Assembly (NCBI GenBank): GCA_010093745.1
Contig: MU006017.1
Coordinates: 1-64,000, forward strand
Reading direction: 5' to 3'
From: Piedraia hortae CBS 480.64
Taxonomy: Eukaryota
DNA length: 64,000 bases
Shown: positions 1-11,506 of the stretch, piece by piece
Layout of the letters: every line of letters starts with the position of its first letter
How positions within the stretch are numbered: the stretch's first letter is position 1
Notes under the pieces: model-generated
The model's input: only the letters and a program-made list of their open reading frames with translations
Database searches by the model: none
What the model was told of the DNA's origin: nothing
Made by a program: the position numbers and the translations under genes

Positions 1-913
1 GTTACTAATAATGCGCGTAATATACCGCATATTCACAACACAACCACCTTCTCTTGAATGTCAGGACTATGGAAAAAAAAAACGGGATATAGAGGCCTCG
101 TCTACGAACAAGCTTATGTCCTTGCAACCGCATCCGCGGGTAGTGTAAAAGATCAATTATGCCAGCCTCGACAGATCAACATATCAAGCAATGCTACGCG
201 TTTAGCAAATTTGAACTCTGATTCGCAACAAGCTTGATCGCTCGAGGGTCATCGACCGTATCCAGGATTCCATATTGGCCCCAAAACGCGTGGGGAAATC
301 CCAAGGAGTAAGTCATCTTCCCCGAGATTGCGCCTCCGGGTGAGCACTGGTCATGGGCCACGATATAGACTGAAAAGCTGGGCGAGACTCACCAAGCGCT
401 TACACTCCCAAAATTCTTCCTCGCCCTATTGGACGGTGCTCCCCATGCGCTCTCAAACAAATACCGCAACCCCACCCGGGACCCCACCCGGGACCTCGCC
501 TAGCACTATGACTCATCTTCCCACAGATCATATCCTAGCCAACCAAAGCAAATCTTATCACTGGAGTCAGCACTCATCCGCCATGCCTATAACAAACTCC
601 TATTGAAACACTAACGTCTACCCACCTATCCGCCAAGCCCTCCCCATGTGAGTCGATAACTCACCTTCCCACATCACTTTATTATCGCGTCAGCGCCCCT
701 CTCCACCCCACCCACCAAATTCGCGAGCAACCAACAACCTGTCACCTGCCACCCGTGCCAACCTAACAGGTACACTCCTTGACACCCATCACCTTGACAC
801 CCATCAACACCCACTACAAACTGACACGCCAAGCCCCCACCCATCCAATATGCCAAGCTTCCCTCCCTCCACACAACCACCAAACCATTCCCCACGAAAC
901 TCGAGAGGAAGAA

Positions 914-1591
914 ATGTGCAACTACACGCTAACCCAGTATACCTGCACGCACTACGGCGTCGTTACCGTAGATGATAAACTCTGTGCTATCGCTAAGAAA
1001 GTAAACTGGAAACCCCAAGATTGCACTGCCAAGGAGTTCGAGGGGATGAAGCGCGAAGACCGGCTCTGTGATCGGTGTAAGGAGGAGGGGCTGAAGCCCC
1101 CCTTGGGGTCGATGGAGAGTTTGTTTGAAGGGATTGGTAAGGGGAAAGCTGCACAAACTAGGGAGGAGGAGAGTACTGGGAAGAAGAAGTCGCCGTCGTT
1201 TGGAGCTGTGGGGCATTGGTTTAATTGGGCCGTGAAAGGGTGGGGGGAGGAGGGACAGCCTGAGAAGAGGTCGGGTGAGATTGAGAGGTTGGTTGATGCG
1301 AAGGAGCGACACGTTAAGAGGGAGATGCAGAGGATTGTGAGGGAGGGGAGGTCGGGTAAGAGTAGGGAGGAAAGAGGCTCGACTTCGGATGAAGGGAAGG
1401 GGGAGGAACCTGAGCGCATGTATGTGGGGGGTGAACTGGAGGAGGATTGGGTTTGTGTGAAGTCGAATTTGGAGTGTGATGATAGTGATAATGAGGGGAG
1501 GGTAGACCCGTGGGAAGAAAAGTATGGGATAATAGGTCTAAGGGACAATCCCTGGGGAATGCCACGGAAGGTGTTGTGGTTTGGCCGATAG
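914..1591 (+). CDS. Hypothetical protein with an N-terminal Cys/His cluster (putative zinc-binding) and a charged C-terminus, 225 aa
   Basis: The ATG at 914 opens MCNYTLTQYTCTHYG...LCAIA...DCTAK...LCDRC, a pattern common in small ascomycete proteins. The ORF-track start at 779 is a TTG in C-rich, UTR-like sequence. Confidence 0.55.
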   Translation: MCNYTLTQYTCTHYGVVTVDDKLCAIAKKVNWKPQDCTAKEFEGMKREDRLCDRCKEEGLKPPLGSMESLFEGIGKGKAAQTREEESTGKKKSPSFGAVGHWFNWAVKGWGEEGQPEKRSGEIERLVDAKERHVKREMQRIVREGRSGKSREERGSTSDEGKGEEPERMYVGGELEEDWVCVKSNLECDDSDNEGRVDPWEEKYGIIGLRDNPWGMPRKVLWFGR

Positions 1592-1761
1592 TGGTGTTCG
1601 ATTTTGAGTGTTTTGCCTCAAAGATGTGGATTTCGCAGGACGGTGGTACGTCATGCGGTTCTTAGCTTCAGGAGGGGTATGCGATGTGCTGGAGTCAAGC
1701 ATCGCCGCTAGCGCGTATGTGGGACGTTTGCATAGCAAGTCAGCCATACCTCCTACATTAC

Positions 1762-1985
1762 CAGCTGTACCCTAAGTTTTCCCCTTCACAGAGGTATTCC
1801 CTCAGGGTCATGTCATATGTGACATGGCTAATGCACCCTGCTAGTGTACGACGTGATGTCACCGGCCCGCCTGTACAAAATATATATTCTGATGTCCCCT
1901 TGTAGAGATAGATAGTCATTCACAGTGTCATATCGACACTGGTATTGACTTCCACCCACCTGCACATTTCCTGTCTCTGTCGTTC
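1762..1985 (+). repeat. Dispersed repeat copy A, probably a transposon-end relic
   Basis: By hand, 1762-1840 aligns to the reverse complement of 38094-38170 at 66/79 positions. Patchier similarity continues between about 1880-1985 and about 37890-37965. Confidence 0.75.
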
Positions 1986-2781
1986 GATCTTCGTCTATCG
2001 CTACGTCCTCCTAGTTCGTGCCGCTGCGCAGCCCCATCCATGAGAGTACTATCGCTACACGATGTACGGTAATTGCAGAATAGCCCGAGGGGAGGCGGCA
2101 GCTAGAGTAGGAATCTTACTGAATTATGATCGGGAAAGATGTCACTGTGCTGAGTACCGTGAGATTGTGAGAATTCAAACGATCTAGCCTGGGACATGGT
2201 TGTTGAACATACTCTTCCCTTTGCAAAGACTTCTCTGTTATGAAGTATAACCTCGAGTCGAGGAAGCTTTTTTTTTTTTCAAGTCTCGAGTCCTCCGCAC
2301 ATGCATGCAACGTCCGTAAGAGATATAGATAAACCACACGCAAACTTCTCCATGCCCACTGCACAAATACGAAGCAACTCCTCGAAAGACGTAGAATCTA
2401 GAATCGGCATGGGAAGGCAGGACGACCATGTCAGTAAGATCAAACTTTGACTTCGGTCTATTCGATCAGACAAGCTCAAAGCTTCACGAAGTGCGGATCC
2501 CCGCCAAGCCAATGTAGAACTCCGTTCCCTGTTCTGTCCTGTTCAACTCACCCCCCTCTACACCACGACAGGATTCAACACCTCGACAGAATGTTTTTAC
2601 ATCATTCCTCAATACGCATTATTCAAAATGGAAGAATTGCGCTCACCCTTCTTGGCTCAGCAGTTTTTACGACCCTTGCTCGACCCTTCCAAGTGGACCC
2701 ACTACGATTAACTACGATTCCAGGACATTTATAAAAGCACAGCATACCTTCCTGACCCTAGACAAGTTATTCACCCTTAAT

Positions 2782-4234
2782 CTACAACTTGGCCTTCACT
2801 CTGTTCAACTCAAGCGGATCCTTTAAGGTGGCACCATACTTCTTCGCCAACTCCTGCGCCCTCTTCTTCTGTCCCTCAATCTTCTCCCTCAGATATGCGC
2901 CCCTCTTGTTCTCATTCCTGCCTAACTGCAGGAGATGAACCTCGTCGGGACCATCTACGATCCTCATGGTCCTCGCAGAGGCGTACATGCGAGGCAGGTC
3001 CGTATCTTGGTTGACACCCTCTGCGCCAAAGACCTGGATGGCACGATCAATGGCATCAAGCAGCACTTTCGGAACAAGGACCTTGGCCTCGGCGATATCT
3101 TTGAGCGCAAACTTTGCGTCGCGCGAATCGATGGTGATGGCAGTATTAAGGACGAGGAGGCGCGCAGCATCGATTTCCATCCGCGTGAGGGCTACGCGGT
3201 GGAGCATGATTTCGCGGGTTGAGAGGGGTTGCTTGAAGGGACGTTTGCGAGGGTCGTTGAGGCGGAAGATAAAGAGCTCAAGGGCTTTCTCCGCTGCGCC
3301 GATGCTGCGCATGGCGTGGTGGATACGACCTGGGCCGAGACGGCCTTGAATGACATCGAAGCCGCGGCCTTCGCCGAGGCAGATGTTGGAGACAGGAACG
3401 CGGACGTTGTTGAATGTGATGTGTCCGTGGCCGTGCGGGGCATCGTCGTAGCCAAAGACGGAGAGCATTCGTTTGATGGTTATGCCTGGACTGGCAGCCG
3501 GGACGAATACGACGTTTTGTTGGCGGTAGGGGTTTGGGTTGGATGGGTCGCTCTTGCCCATAACAATGTAGAGCTCGCAGTTGGGGTCGCCGGCTCCAGA
3601 GGACCACCATTTGGAGCCGTTGAGGATGTATTCGTTGCCGGAGCGAGTAATGGTGAGGGAGATATTGGTTGCGTCTGAACTGGCGACGTCGGGCTCCGTC
3701 ATGAGGAAGGCAGACCGGATCTTGCCTTCAAGAAGGGGGACAAGCCAGCGGGACTTTTGCTCTTCGGTGCCGTATTTGGCGAGAACTTCCATGTTGCCGG
3801 TATCTGGGGCGGCGCAGTTTGTGGCAACTTGGGACGTGATGCTCTTGCCCAGATACTCAGCCATAAGACCGTATTCCAGATTGCTGAAGCCGGCACCCTC
3901 TTTGAAGTGGTTCCTGGGGAGAAACAGGTTCCATAGCCCCAACTTACGCGCGCGCACCTTGAGGTCTTCAACGACTTGTGGGTGGGCACTGAACCGCTCA
4001 GTCACGCTAACGCCGATTTGTTGATTGTAGACGGCGTCGGCAGGAATGCATTCTTCCTCGACAAAACGTTCGACCTGATTACAGGATGTGAGAGATTTGA
4101 AATAAGGTGGGAGGGAGACGTACGAGGTCAAGAGTTTCCTTGGCCCGATCGCTTACAAAGGGTCGTGCGATGAGGGGAATCCGATCGCTCGCCTTGCCTT
4201 GCAACGGAACGTTAATAGAATATGGGACGGACAT
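2782..4234 (-). CDS. Acyl-CoA dehydrogenase (ACAD10/11-like), with C-terminal PTS1 (-AKL)
   Basis: Exons 4234-4124 and 4074-2782, with a 49-nt intron at 4123-4075 (GTACGT...CAG). Motifs NCAAPDTGNMEVL, AFLMTEPDVASSDA, LNGSKWWSSGAG, QGRLGPGRIHHAMR, RIVDGPDEVH. The protein ends KAKL. Confidence 0.95.
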
Positions 4235-4621
4235 CTTGTATTTTAGGAGAGCAGCTACATGTTGCTCCGGCTTTGAGGTGGAGGAGTCGAACCGAGGTCC
4301 GCGGGGGCCGAGCCAAACTGAAAGGCGCCCACTTCAATTACTTATCGTATCAGTAGCCCTTGGGACATAGCTCCAAGCTCTAGCAAGACAAGTACAATAA
4401 GATCTTCTTTTCCTTGCCCTGCAGCGGGGGCTGTTATGATTACTGAAGTGAAAGAGGTGCAGGGGGGTATGTATACCAACTTTTAGTTTCGCTGTGAGCT
4501 CAGGTCTCTCCACATTGGCGATTTAAGAAACTATCCGAACCCCTCCAGAGATCGAATTGGTCGAACATTAGTCTAACACCCGTATATAACCCTCATCAAT
4601 CGTCAACTGAATTATAGGACC

Positions 4622-7390
4622 TCAAGATTTAATCTGGCAGAATTTAAAGCCGGCCAACTCCTCAGCCGTCGGCCTCTTCTCGTGTTCCAGCTCGAACGTA
4701 CGCCTGAGAAACTCCTTGGCCTCTTGGCTGGCCTTTGCGGGAATTTCAGGCCGGGCGTTTTCTCCATTACCACCGACCATCGAGTTGCCAATTTTGAAAA
4801 TGGCCTGTAGTTGCGTGCAGTTTGGGTGCGGATGGGAACCCGTGAACATTTCGACAATCAGACAGCCCAGCGACCAGATATCGGCTTTTTTGGTGTAGGC
4901 TGTTTGCCGCACAACTTCGGGAGCCATCCAGAACACGGAGCCCTGCAGAGACACACGATTGTTGACGGCTCCGCGCTTAGCACCAAAAGCACCGGGAGGT
5001 CGCATCGTCGTCGCCTCCACGCGCTTGGAAATGCCGAAATCAGAAATTTTGACAGTGCCCTTGTTGTCGACGAGGATGTTAGCCCCTTTGATGTCGCGAT
5101 GAATGATATCTTTGCTGTGTAGATAGGCAAGACCCTGCAAGATTTGGCGGACAAAGTTGGCAATCAGCGTTTCGCCAAGAGAGCCGTAGTTGACGAGCAT
5201 CGTTGCAACCGACCCGCCGGCAACGTATTCGAGGAAAATATTCAAATGGTTCTCCTCACTGTTGGAGCCCAGATACCGCACGATATTCTCATGCTTCAGC
5301 TCGCGCAGGAGGGAGATTTCCTGCTTCAGCGCCTCAACCATGTGGTTTTTCTTGGCGTCGAGGGCCTCGCCGTTTTTGGACGGCATTTCCACCTGCTTCA
5401 CCGCCATGAGCTCTCCCGTCACGGCATGGAGGGCGAGGGAAACGGTTCCGAACGAACCCTGGCCAATCATGGCGCCTTTCATGTACTTTAAATCGTCCCA
5501 GCTGTCCTTTTCCAGATGCTGCATCAGCTCCTCGTCTTCCTCCTCGCCATCTTGAGCGATAAACTGAGATAGACGAGAGTTGAAGCTGCCACTACCAGCG
5601 TCAGACAGGCCTACGGTGTTCCCCGGACTACTCTGACTGTCGTCAAAATACGAACCCATGGCGGCGTTGGGCTCGGCCTGCACATCGGAGTCGCTAAACG
5701 ACACATACGACTGACGGTTGGGCTCCAGCGGTGATTCCTCGTCCAGCGGCTCCAGCACGCTGCCCGCGACGGACTCGCGGTACGACTCTGGCCGACCGAG
5801 CCGCACAACGCTAATGGGCCGCAAGCCCGCCGGTCGCGCTCCCGCCTGACTGGCCCAATGCTCTGCGATACTAGGAATGGGCGGCGCATCGCGGAGGCTG
5901 CTGGCGACGCTGAAGTTGCTCATGGTGCTGAGCTGACTAACGGCCTTGCTGAGCCTCTGGCTGCGGCGAATGGACATGCGCACTGTTCGATCGATTTCCT
6001 CCTTGGCGACCTCGGGAAAGTACGATTCCAGATCCTGCGAGATGAGCTCCGTCGGTGGCCGCGCGCCGTAAAAATCCTTGAGCTTGCGAGCACGTGCCGA
6101 TGCCGCGCTGGCCTGGCTGACGGTTCGTGCGGCGGGCTCTGCATCGAAGTACTCCCTCCGCTCCGCCTGGCTCGCCGGTGACATGGGATAGGTTACTGGC
6201 GGGAGCGGATCTGCCACTCCGCGTGGCCGCGCCTTGGTTGGCTGCACCTCAATTGCCGGGGGTTCGGGCGTCTGCTGCTCTGCAATGCGCGCCGCCATTC
6301 GCAACTGCTCACCCTCGGGCTCAGCCGTGTGGAGTTTCCGTAGGATAAGCCGGCCGCGTTCGCTGCGGCTGCCATCGTTGCACAGCTTCACCAGCTCAGC
6401 GTCGGACAGTCGGCGGCAGCTCGCCGGGTTCGCGTCGGTGCCATCCAGCACCCACAGACAATAAGAGCGGAAATGCTTTTCGTTCAGCCCGCCCTTGCGC
6501 AGTATGGCACGCACAATGTCCTCTGCAGTGCGGAAGCCCATTACATTGACCACCGACGACCGTCCATTTTCGAAGATGACACGCAGCAGCGGCCGATCGC
6601 TGGGCAGAGCACCGACGATGCTGGCATTAAGATTATCTGCTTGAGGCCTTCCGCCCGGCCGCGATGCCACCGTCGCTCCCTTGCGCTCCGGACTCGCCAG
6701 CAAAGACCGTGACACGTCCGCATTGCCAGTTGCCGGTCGCGTCGCCTCCGGGCTGCTCATTAATGACCGCGGCATCGCCGGGCTGCTCATTAATGACCGC
6801 GGCATCGCCGGGCTGCCCCAGGCACGCGGCGTCTCGGCATCAAATCGCCGCGACATGCGCTTGTCCGGGCGGGCGGCGGGGCGGGTCGCGGCATGCAGCG
6901 GACGCGGAGAGGCTGATGATGGCGGCGTCAACTGCACGTTGGCATCGAGTGCGGCCAGTGACTGGCGATTGGCGGAGCGCCGACTGGCCCTCTTGACATG
7001 AGCGGAGCGGAACCTCTTTGCTTGGGCACCGATGCGGACGCGATCGCCAATCTTCCGTATGCCCATATCCTTAAGCACCACAGCGTCCAGATCCAGCAGA
7101 TTGGCGCCATTGATGTTGTGCTTACGGAACAGGTCGACATACTGGCCGCAGTGGATCGAGCGCAGCCATTCGGAAACGCGCAGTTCGTCCCAGTCGGCGA
7201 CATCCCGCATGCCGTCGGAAAATTCGGACTCGGTCGGGCTCGTGAAGGCGCGCGGCATGTTGAAAGACGGCGGCGGGCGCGCGGCGGAGGTCATCGTCTT
7301 TGTCGCCCATTGTCCTCGCCGCCCCTCCCACCCCTGGGACCCGCCTGACGCAGGGCACGTTTCACTCCGGCCAATCAGCTTCGTCTCCAT
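4622..7390 (-). CDS. STE11: MAP kinase kinase kinase Ste11/SteC (SAM, Ras-association and Ser/Thr kinase domains)
   Basis: SAM domain (WDELRVSEWLRSIHCGQYVDLFRKHNING...KIGDRVRI), RA region, and kinase motifs IGQGSFG, MAVKQV, IIHRDIKGANIL, ISDFGISK, LQGSVFWMAPEVV. Intronless. The true start may be the in-frame ATG at 7294. Confidence 0.95.
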   Translation of the reverse strand: METKLIGRSETCPASGGSQGWEGRRGQWATKTMTSAARPPPSFNMPRAFTSPTESEFSDGMRDVADWDELRVSEWLRSIHCGQYVDLFRKHNINGANLLDLDAVVLKDMGIRKIGDRVRIGAQAKRFRSAHVKRASRRSANRQSLAALDANVQLTPPSSASPRPLHAATRPAARPDKRMSRRFDAETPRAWGSPAMPRSLMSSPAMPRSLMSSPEATRPATGNADVSRSLLASPERKGATVASRPGGRPQADNLNASIVGALPSDRPLLRVIFENGRSSVVNVMGFRTAEDIVRAILRKGGLNEKHFRSYCLWVLDGTDANPASCRRLSDAELVKLCNDGSRSERGRLILRKLHTAEPEGEQLRMAARIAEQQTPEPPAIEVQPTKARPRGVADPLPPVTYPMSPASQAERREYFDAEPAARTVSQASAASARARKLKDFYGARPPTELISQDLESYFPEVAKEEIDRTVRMSIRRSQRLSKAVSQLSTMSNFSVASSLRDAPPIPSIAEHWASQAGARPAGLRPISVVRLGRPESYRESVAGSVLEPLDEESPLEPNRQSYVSFSDSDVQAEPNAAMGSYFDDSQSSPGNTVGLSDAGSGSFNSRLSQFIAQDGEEEDEELMQHLEKDSWDDLKYMKGAMIGQGSFGTVSLALHAVTGELMAVKQVEMPSKNGEALDAKKNHMVEALKQEISLLRELKHENIVRYLGSNSEENHLNIFLEYVAGGSVATMLVNYGSLGETLIANFVRQILQGLAYLHSKDIIHRDIKGANILVDNKGTVKISDFGISKRVEATTMRPPGAFGAKRGAVNNRVSLQGSVFWMAPEVVRQTAYTKKADIWSLGCLIVEMFTGSHPHPNCTQLQAIFKIGNSMVGGNGENARPEIPAKASQEAKEFLRRTFELEHEKRPTAEELAGFKFCQIKS
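6748..6816. repeat. In-frame 30-bp tandem duplication inside STE11
   Basis: CCGGGCTGCTCATTAATGACCGCGGCATCG twice, plus a 9-bp partial copy. Encodes (SPAMPRSLMS)x2. Confidence 0.95.
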
Positions 7391-8685
7391 GTTTTACGTA
7401 AATAACGTTTTCCCTCGTTTTGGGTAAATCCGCCTCAGATTTCAGACACGGTAAAACATCTCAAATAGAAGGCGACCGCTCACTTGGGTAGACAACCAAG
7501 TCTACCACCATGTGTTTGATGGGGAAATGGGGACGAATTGGGGTGGCTGACTCTCGCAGTCATCTATCACGCAAGTCCCAATCCCAACCTGGCAGTGCAG
7601 GTGGCTTGACGTCACCAAGTACAGGATGGTGCTGAGCACAAACGTATATCTTATGAATGGGAGCCTGCTACATGAAAGGCAAGGCTTCTATAGCCTCAGC
7701 CGTAGATCTGTTCAATATATGACCAACAGGCAATTTGCACACACACACACACGGGGATAGCTAGCCAAGGCTATCCAATAGGCATTTGGAAGATGCATTT
7801 CTTTCACAGCCCTGTGTATCAGGTAAAATACGTAAACGGAGTGATGAAGGACAGAAACTCCCTTCAAATGGGCCCTTCATTCGCTGAAAGCACGCCGTGT
7901 TGATAGGCATAAGTTGCGGCGGGGGCCATCATGAAGACATGTTCAGCCGGTTGGGCAGCGCCAGGCTATTGCGATCAAAGGACTGTCAGCGTTACACCAA
8001 CGCAATTGACAGACCGGGCTACAGTGTTAGGTTCTACACTGTCGGCGAAGATCTGAGTCACTTCTTTGACTCAGCGCGTAGAGTGATGAACTTGGATAGC
8101 CGCATTCGCTCGATCAGCAGACGGTAGTTAAATCAAATAGTTACCTGAATGAAAATTCTCCTGCATTGCAGTAAGTTACGTCAACGCTTCTTCATCAAGT
8201 TCTCTACTCCTGCGGAAGTTAACAAAAGCCCGGTCCAAGCTGCATACGTAGGAAACTGCTCGGTACCGACGCTCCTAGGCAAGGCTCAAGCAGCTGCTCA
8301 AGACTACGTCCACCCAGAGTTCTGTACAATGGTATTTCTGCCACCACTTCAATGCTGGGCTACATGCGCAATTAGATCCTCATTGTTCCGGCTATTACGC
8401 AAGGGTCGGATGTGGAGTAGTACCCGCTGCACTTGATATCAATAGGTTCTCAATACCGAATGATCAAAGGGTGAGGTGGTCCCCATGAGCCGTTGTTGTG
8501 CTCCCAACGCACTTGCATGTATGTACATGTGCACCGTCTCTGAGATGAGAGATATCTTCGAGAGAGATAGACTTCCTCAGGCTAGAGGACTAGTCTTTGC
8601 CGGTCATTGTGAAGGAACAGATGGATGGAATGGTGATGGCCAGAGAGATGAGGGTGCTGTAACCATCGTCCAGGGGTTTATTGGC

Positions 8686-8714
8686 ATAACCTCGCACAAG
8701 TTGTGCGAGGTTAT
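8686..8714. repeat. Perfect 14-bp inverted repeat with a 1-nt spacer
   Basis: ATAACCTCGCACAA-G-TTGTGCGAGGTTAT. Confidence 0.95.
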
Positions 8715-9592
8715 ACAAGAGACGACAAGCTGACTAGCACTAAGCTCAGGGCCCACGATGTGTGGATGAATCACGCCCAGCACACGGGAAAGTTGATTGA
8801 ATGGCTCGAGACCAGCAATTATACTGCCTAAAACACCTCGAGATGGCTACAGTGCTATAATCAAGAGAATGTTCCTCGAGAATACTCTAGTTGTTGGGGT
8901 GCATCGTGTAGTCGATTGGAAGCTTGTGACAACATTTCTGCTAACGGACTTGCCCTCATCCACGAGTCCTCCATTTTCTCAAGACGTGACGAGTAGCCAA
9001 CTTTGAGTGGTGGACTCAACAGCTGAGAAAATCACGAGGGCTCTGAGGAACAACTAGTGATGATTCCTGAGAGTTCAATTCGGAGGAAGCGGCCACAGGA
9101 TCGGGGGAGTGCTGGGTTCTGAAATAGGTGCTGAGCGAGGAATGATTGAGCACTGAGAGCAATGATCAACTCTCTCTGAAGACGATAATGAGCGTGGAGA
9201 ACCGTGGGCAGCCCACAAAGAGGTGAAGGACGATTATGACTTGAAATATGCATACAAACGATATGTTTCACACATTTGGGAGGATTGATGAAGAGTGAAA
9301 GAGGAGGTGTGCAAAATAGCAGTGACAGGGTAAAGGGTTTTAATCAAAATGTGTGCCGACGAAATTAAAGTGTCAATGGTTGGATCGACACTCTCAGCCC
9401 GAAACGGTTCAAAGCCATAAGGGTTGGATTGACCCATCCTGGTCACTTGATTGCAAACAAGCTCAGCCGTTATGAATGTGCCCGATTACGCTTTTCCAGT
9501 AGTACATGTTCCTACTGTGCAACTCTCTTGTTACAAGACTGGACCGTGGCGCACCTCAAATGGAAGCACTGGAGTGACGTAGCAAGCCACGT

Positions 9593-9628
9593 GAGGGAAA
9601 GCCTCGTCGAGGGAAAGCCTCGTCGAGG
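9593..9628. repeat. 16-bp tandem direct repeat just upstream of the 9672 gene
   Basis: GAGGGAAAGCCTCGTC twice, then GAGG. Confidence 0.9.
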
Positions 9629-9671
9629 CCAATGCTGAGATAGGCAGCTCCGCTGTAAACAATCAACCGCC

Positions 9672-11339
9672 ATGTCTGACTCGAGTGGCTCTGATCCTTC
9701 TTCTTCGTCGCCTGAACGTAGCGTTTCTCGCCATGCGTCGGCTTCGGTTGCGTCGCAGTCGATTGCGGACAAAGAGCAGCTCGTAAAACAGGTGACGGAG
9801 CTGATGCAGCAGAGATTATGGGCTGAGATACCTCATATAGCCGAGGAGGTGGTAGTACGCTGTTTGCGCAGCAACGTTGGCCAAGCCAAATCGTCGGACA
9901 GGCCTCCTCCTCCCAAGGTGGAGACTGTGGAGAACTCGCCGGACCAGTCTCCGAGCGTGTCCCCAACCAGGTCAGGCAAGGTGCTTGAGAGGAAAGACAG
10001 TCATATGACTGGTACGCCTAAAGTGGCAGATGACGAGGATGATGATAAGCGAAGCTCCACCGCTACGGCAGGTAAAAAAAAGACTGCCCAAGCCGAGACT
10101 TCTGTAGAGGCCACGACGCTTGAAAAGGCATGGCAGCCTTTGTTCGACCACTCGGGACCAACCCGGCGGCTGGGCCAGTTTTTGCGTGGCATAGCGCTCC
10201 ATTTGACCGAAGATTACGGGCCACAGGGCAGCATGTTTGTCACCCCCGACTTGATGTTTTGGTTCTTTGAGCAAGCCACTATAGCAAATGACCCCTTCCC
10301 TTGGAGGACCGTCTTCGGATCCGAGATAAGCAACAATTCGCTATCCCGCATGTACCAAAAACTCTTATGCCAAATGGTCCTCGTCCAGGCGCAAAAACAT
10401 GAACAGCCTTCGGTACCGGGACTGACTCCTCATGGATTTGAACAGTTCATGATTTGTTTAATCCAAGCCTTTCCACAGGAGGAATATGAGCGCTTGTCCT
10501 GGGCAGTCAAGAGCATGCCCATCTCAAACGCCGACAATCGCAGCGATCGGTTTCCCAAAGAGTTGCCTCGTCGATTGCTACCGGCGCAAAGAGACCTTCG
10601 GTCCCTCCAGCGCCTTGTTGCCAGCCTCGACCATGAACCTCTTGTCTCTTTTATGGGCATTTCAATGCCTCCTCCGCCTGCCCTAAACGAACGTGAACGT
10701 GCCCCCTATTCTTCGAATGCACAGAGAGAAGAAGCTAGTGTGCCAAGTGAAAGGGAACGCAAGCCTTACTCGAGCAACGTCTACCGTTCGCCCAGTCCTG
10801 AAATGCCTAGAGCCAGCCGTCAAGCAACTGGGCAGTACCGTTCAGAAGACAACCATCCGTGGGAAAATCGTTCGCCGGGCGGACAGCAACGACAAACACG
10901 AACGGGGACTAGTCAATCATACGGTGACGCTTCGCGAAGTCAACGCAAGCCTACAAGCAGCCAACAGCAAACATCAACGAGCAACATGAACAAAAGTAGG
11001 ACGCGGTTGGATGCTCCTGTTACCTCAAGCACAACGTCTCGGGGTGAGGGCGCGTCTTATTCATCACGCACACCAGCTGCAAGGGATTCGTATGACGACG
11101 ACGATAGATATGTGAGGCGGGAGTCAATGCGTCCAAGCCACGTATATGGTGACGATGAGCATGTTGGACGTAGCTATCCAGCACCGCCACGTCCACCACC
11201 ATCAATTCAGGCCCTCGAAGTGCCGGGAACCTATGTTCGACGCGATAGTAGACGTGACATCTGGCCGTCAAGCCCCGGCTCACAAGGGCCCGGCGGAACT
11301 GACGGCTACGGCAGCTACAGCCAACACCATGCGCTGTAA
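9672..11339 (+). CDS. Conserved fungal hypothetical protein (DUF7514-like core) with a Ser/Arg/Pro-rich disordered tail
   Basis: 555-aa ORF. The core TTLEKAWQPLF...PTRRLGQFLRGIALHL...PSVPGLTPHGFEQFM...MPISNAD...RFPKELPRRLLP resembles a Pezizomycotina-conserved domain. The domain name is from memory. Confidence 0.8.
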   Translation: MSDSSGSDPSSSSPERSVSRHASASVASQSIADKEQLVKQVTELMQQRLWAEIPHIAEEVVVRCLRSNVGQAKSSDRPPPPKVETVENSPDQSPSVSPTRSGKVLERKDSHMTGTPKVADDEDDDKRSSTATAGKKKTAQAETSVEATTLEKAWQPLFDHSGPTRRLGQFLRGIALHLTEDYGPQGSMFVTPDLMFWFFEQATIANDPFPWRTVFGSEISNNSLSRMYQKLLCQMVLVQAQKHEQPSVPGLTPHGFEQFMICLIQAFPQEEYERLSWAVKSMPISNADNRSDRFPKELPRRLLPAQRDLRSLQRLVASLDHEPLVSFMGISMPPPPALNERERAPYSSNAQREEASVPSERERKPYSSNVYRSPSPEMPRASRQATGQYRSEDNHPWENRSPGGQQRQTRTGTSQSYGDASRSQRKPTSSQQQTSTSNMNKSRTRLDAPVTSSTTSRGEGASYSSRTPAARDSYDDDDRYVRRESMRPSHVYGDDEHVGRSYPAPPRPPPSIQALEVPGTYVRRDSRRDIWPSSPGSQGPGGTDGYGSYSQHHAL

Positions 11340-11506
11340 TGACGATGTGGTGAAAAGGGGTCCAATGAGGTGCGGGGGAGGGGCAGCAAAATATGGTTAG
11401 ATACCCTGTATTACGTCTATCATGACACGACCCATCCCGGCCAGGGGCTTGGCGTCGACCTCACCCCACCGCTCCACCGCTCCACCATCCAACACCACCA
11501 CCCAGC

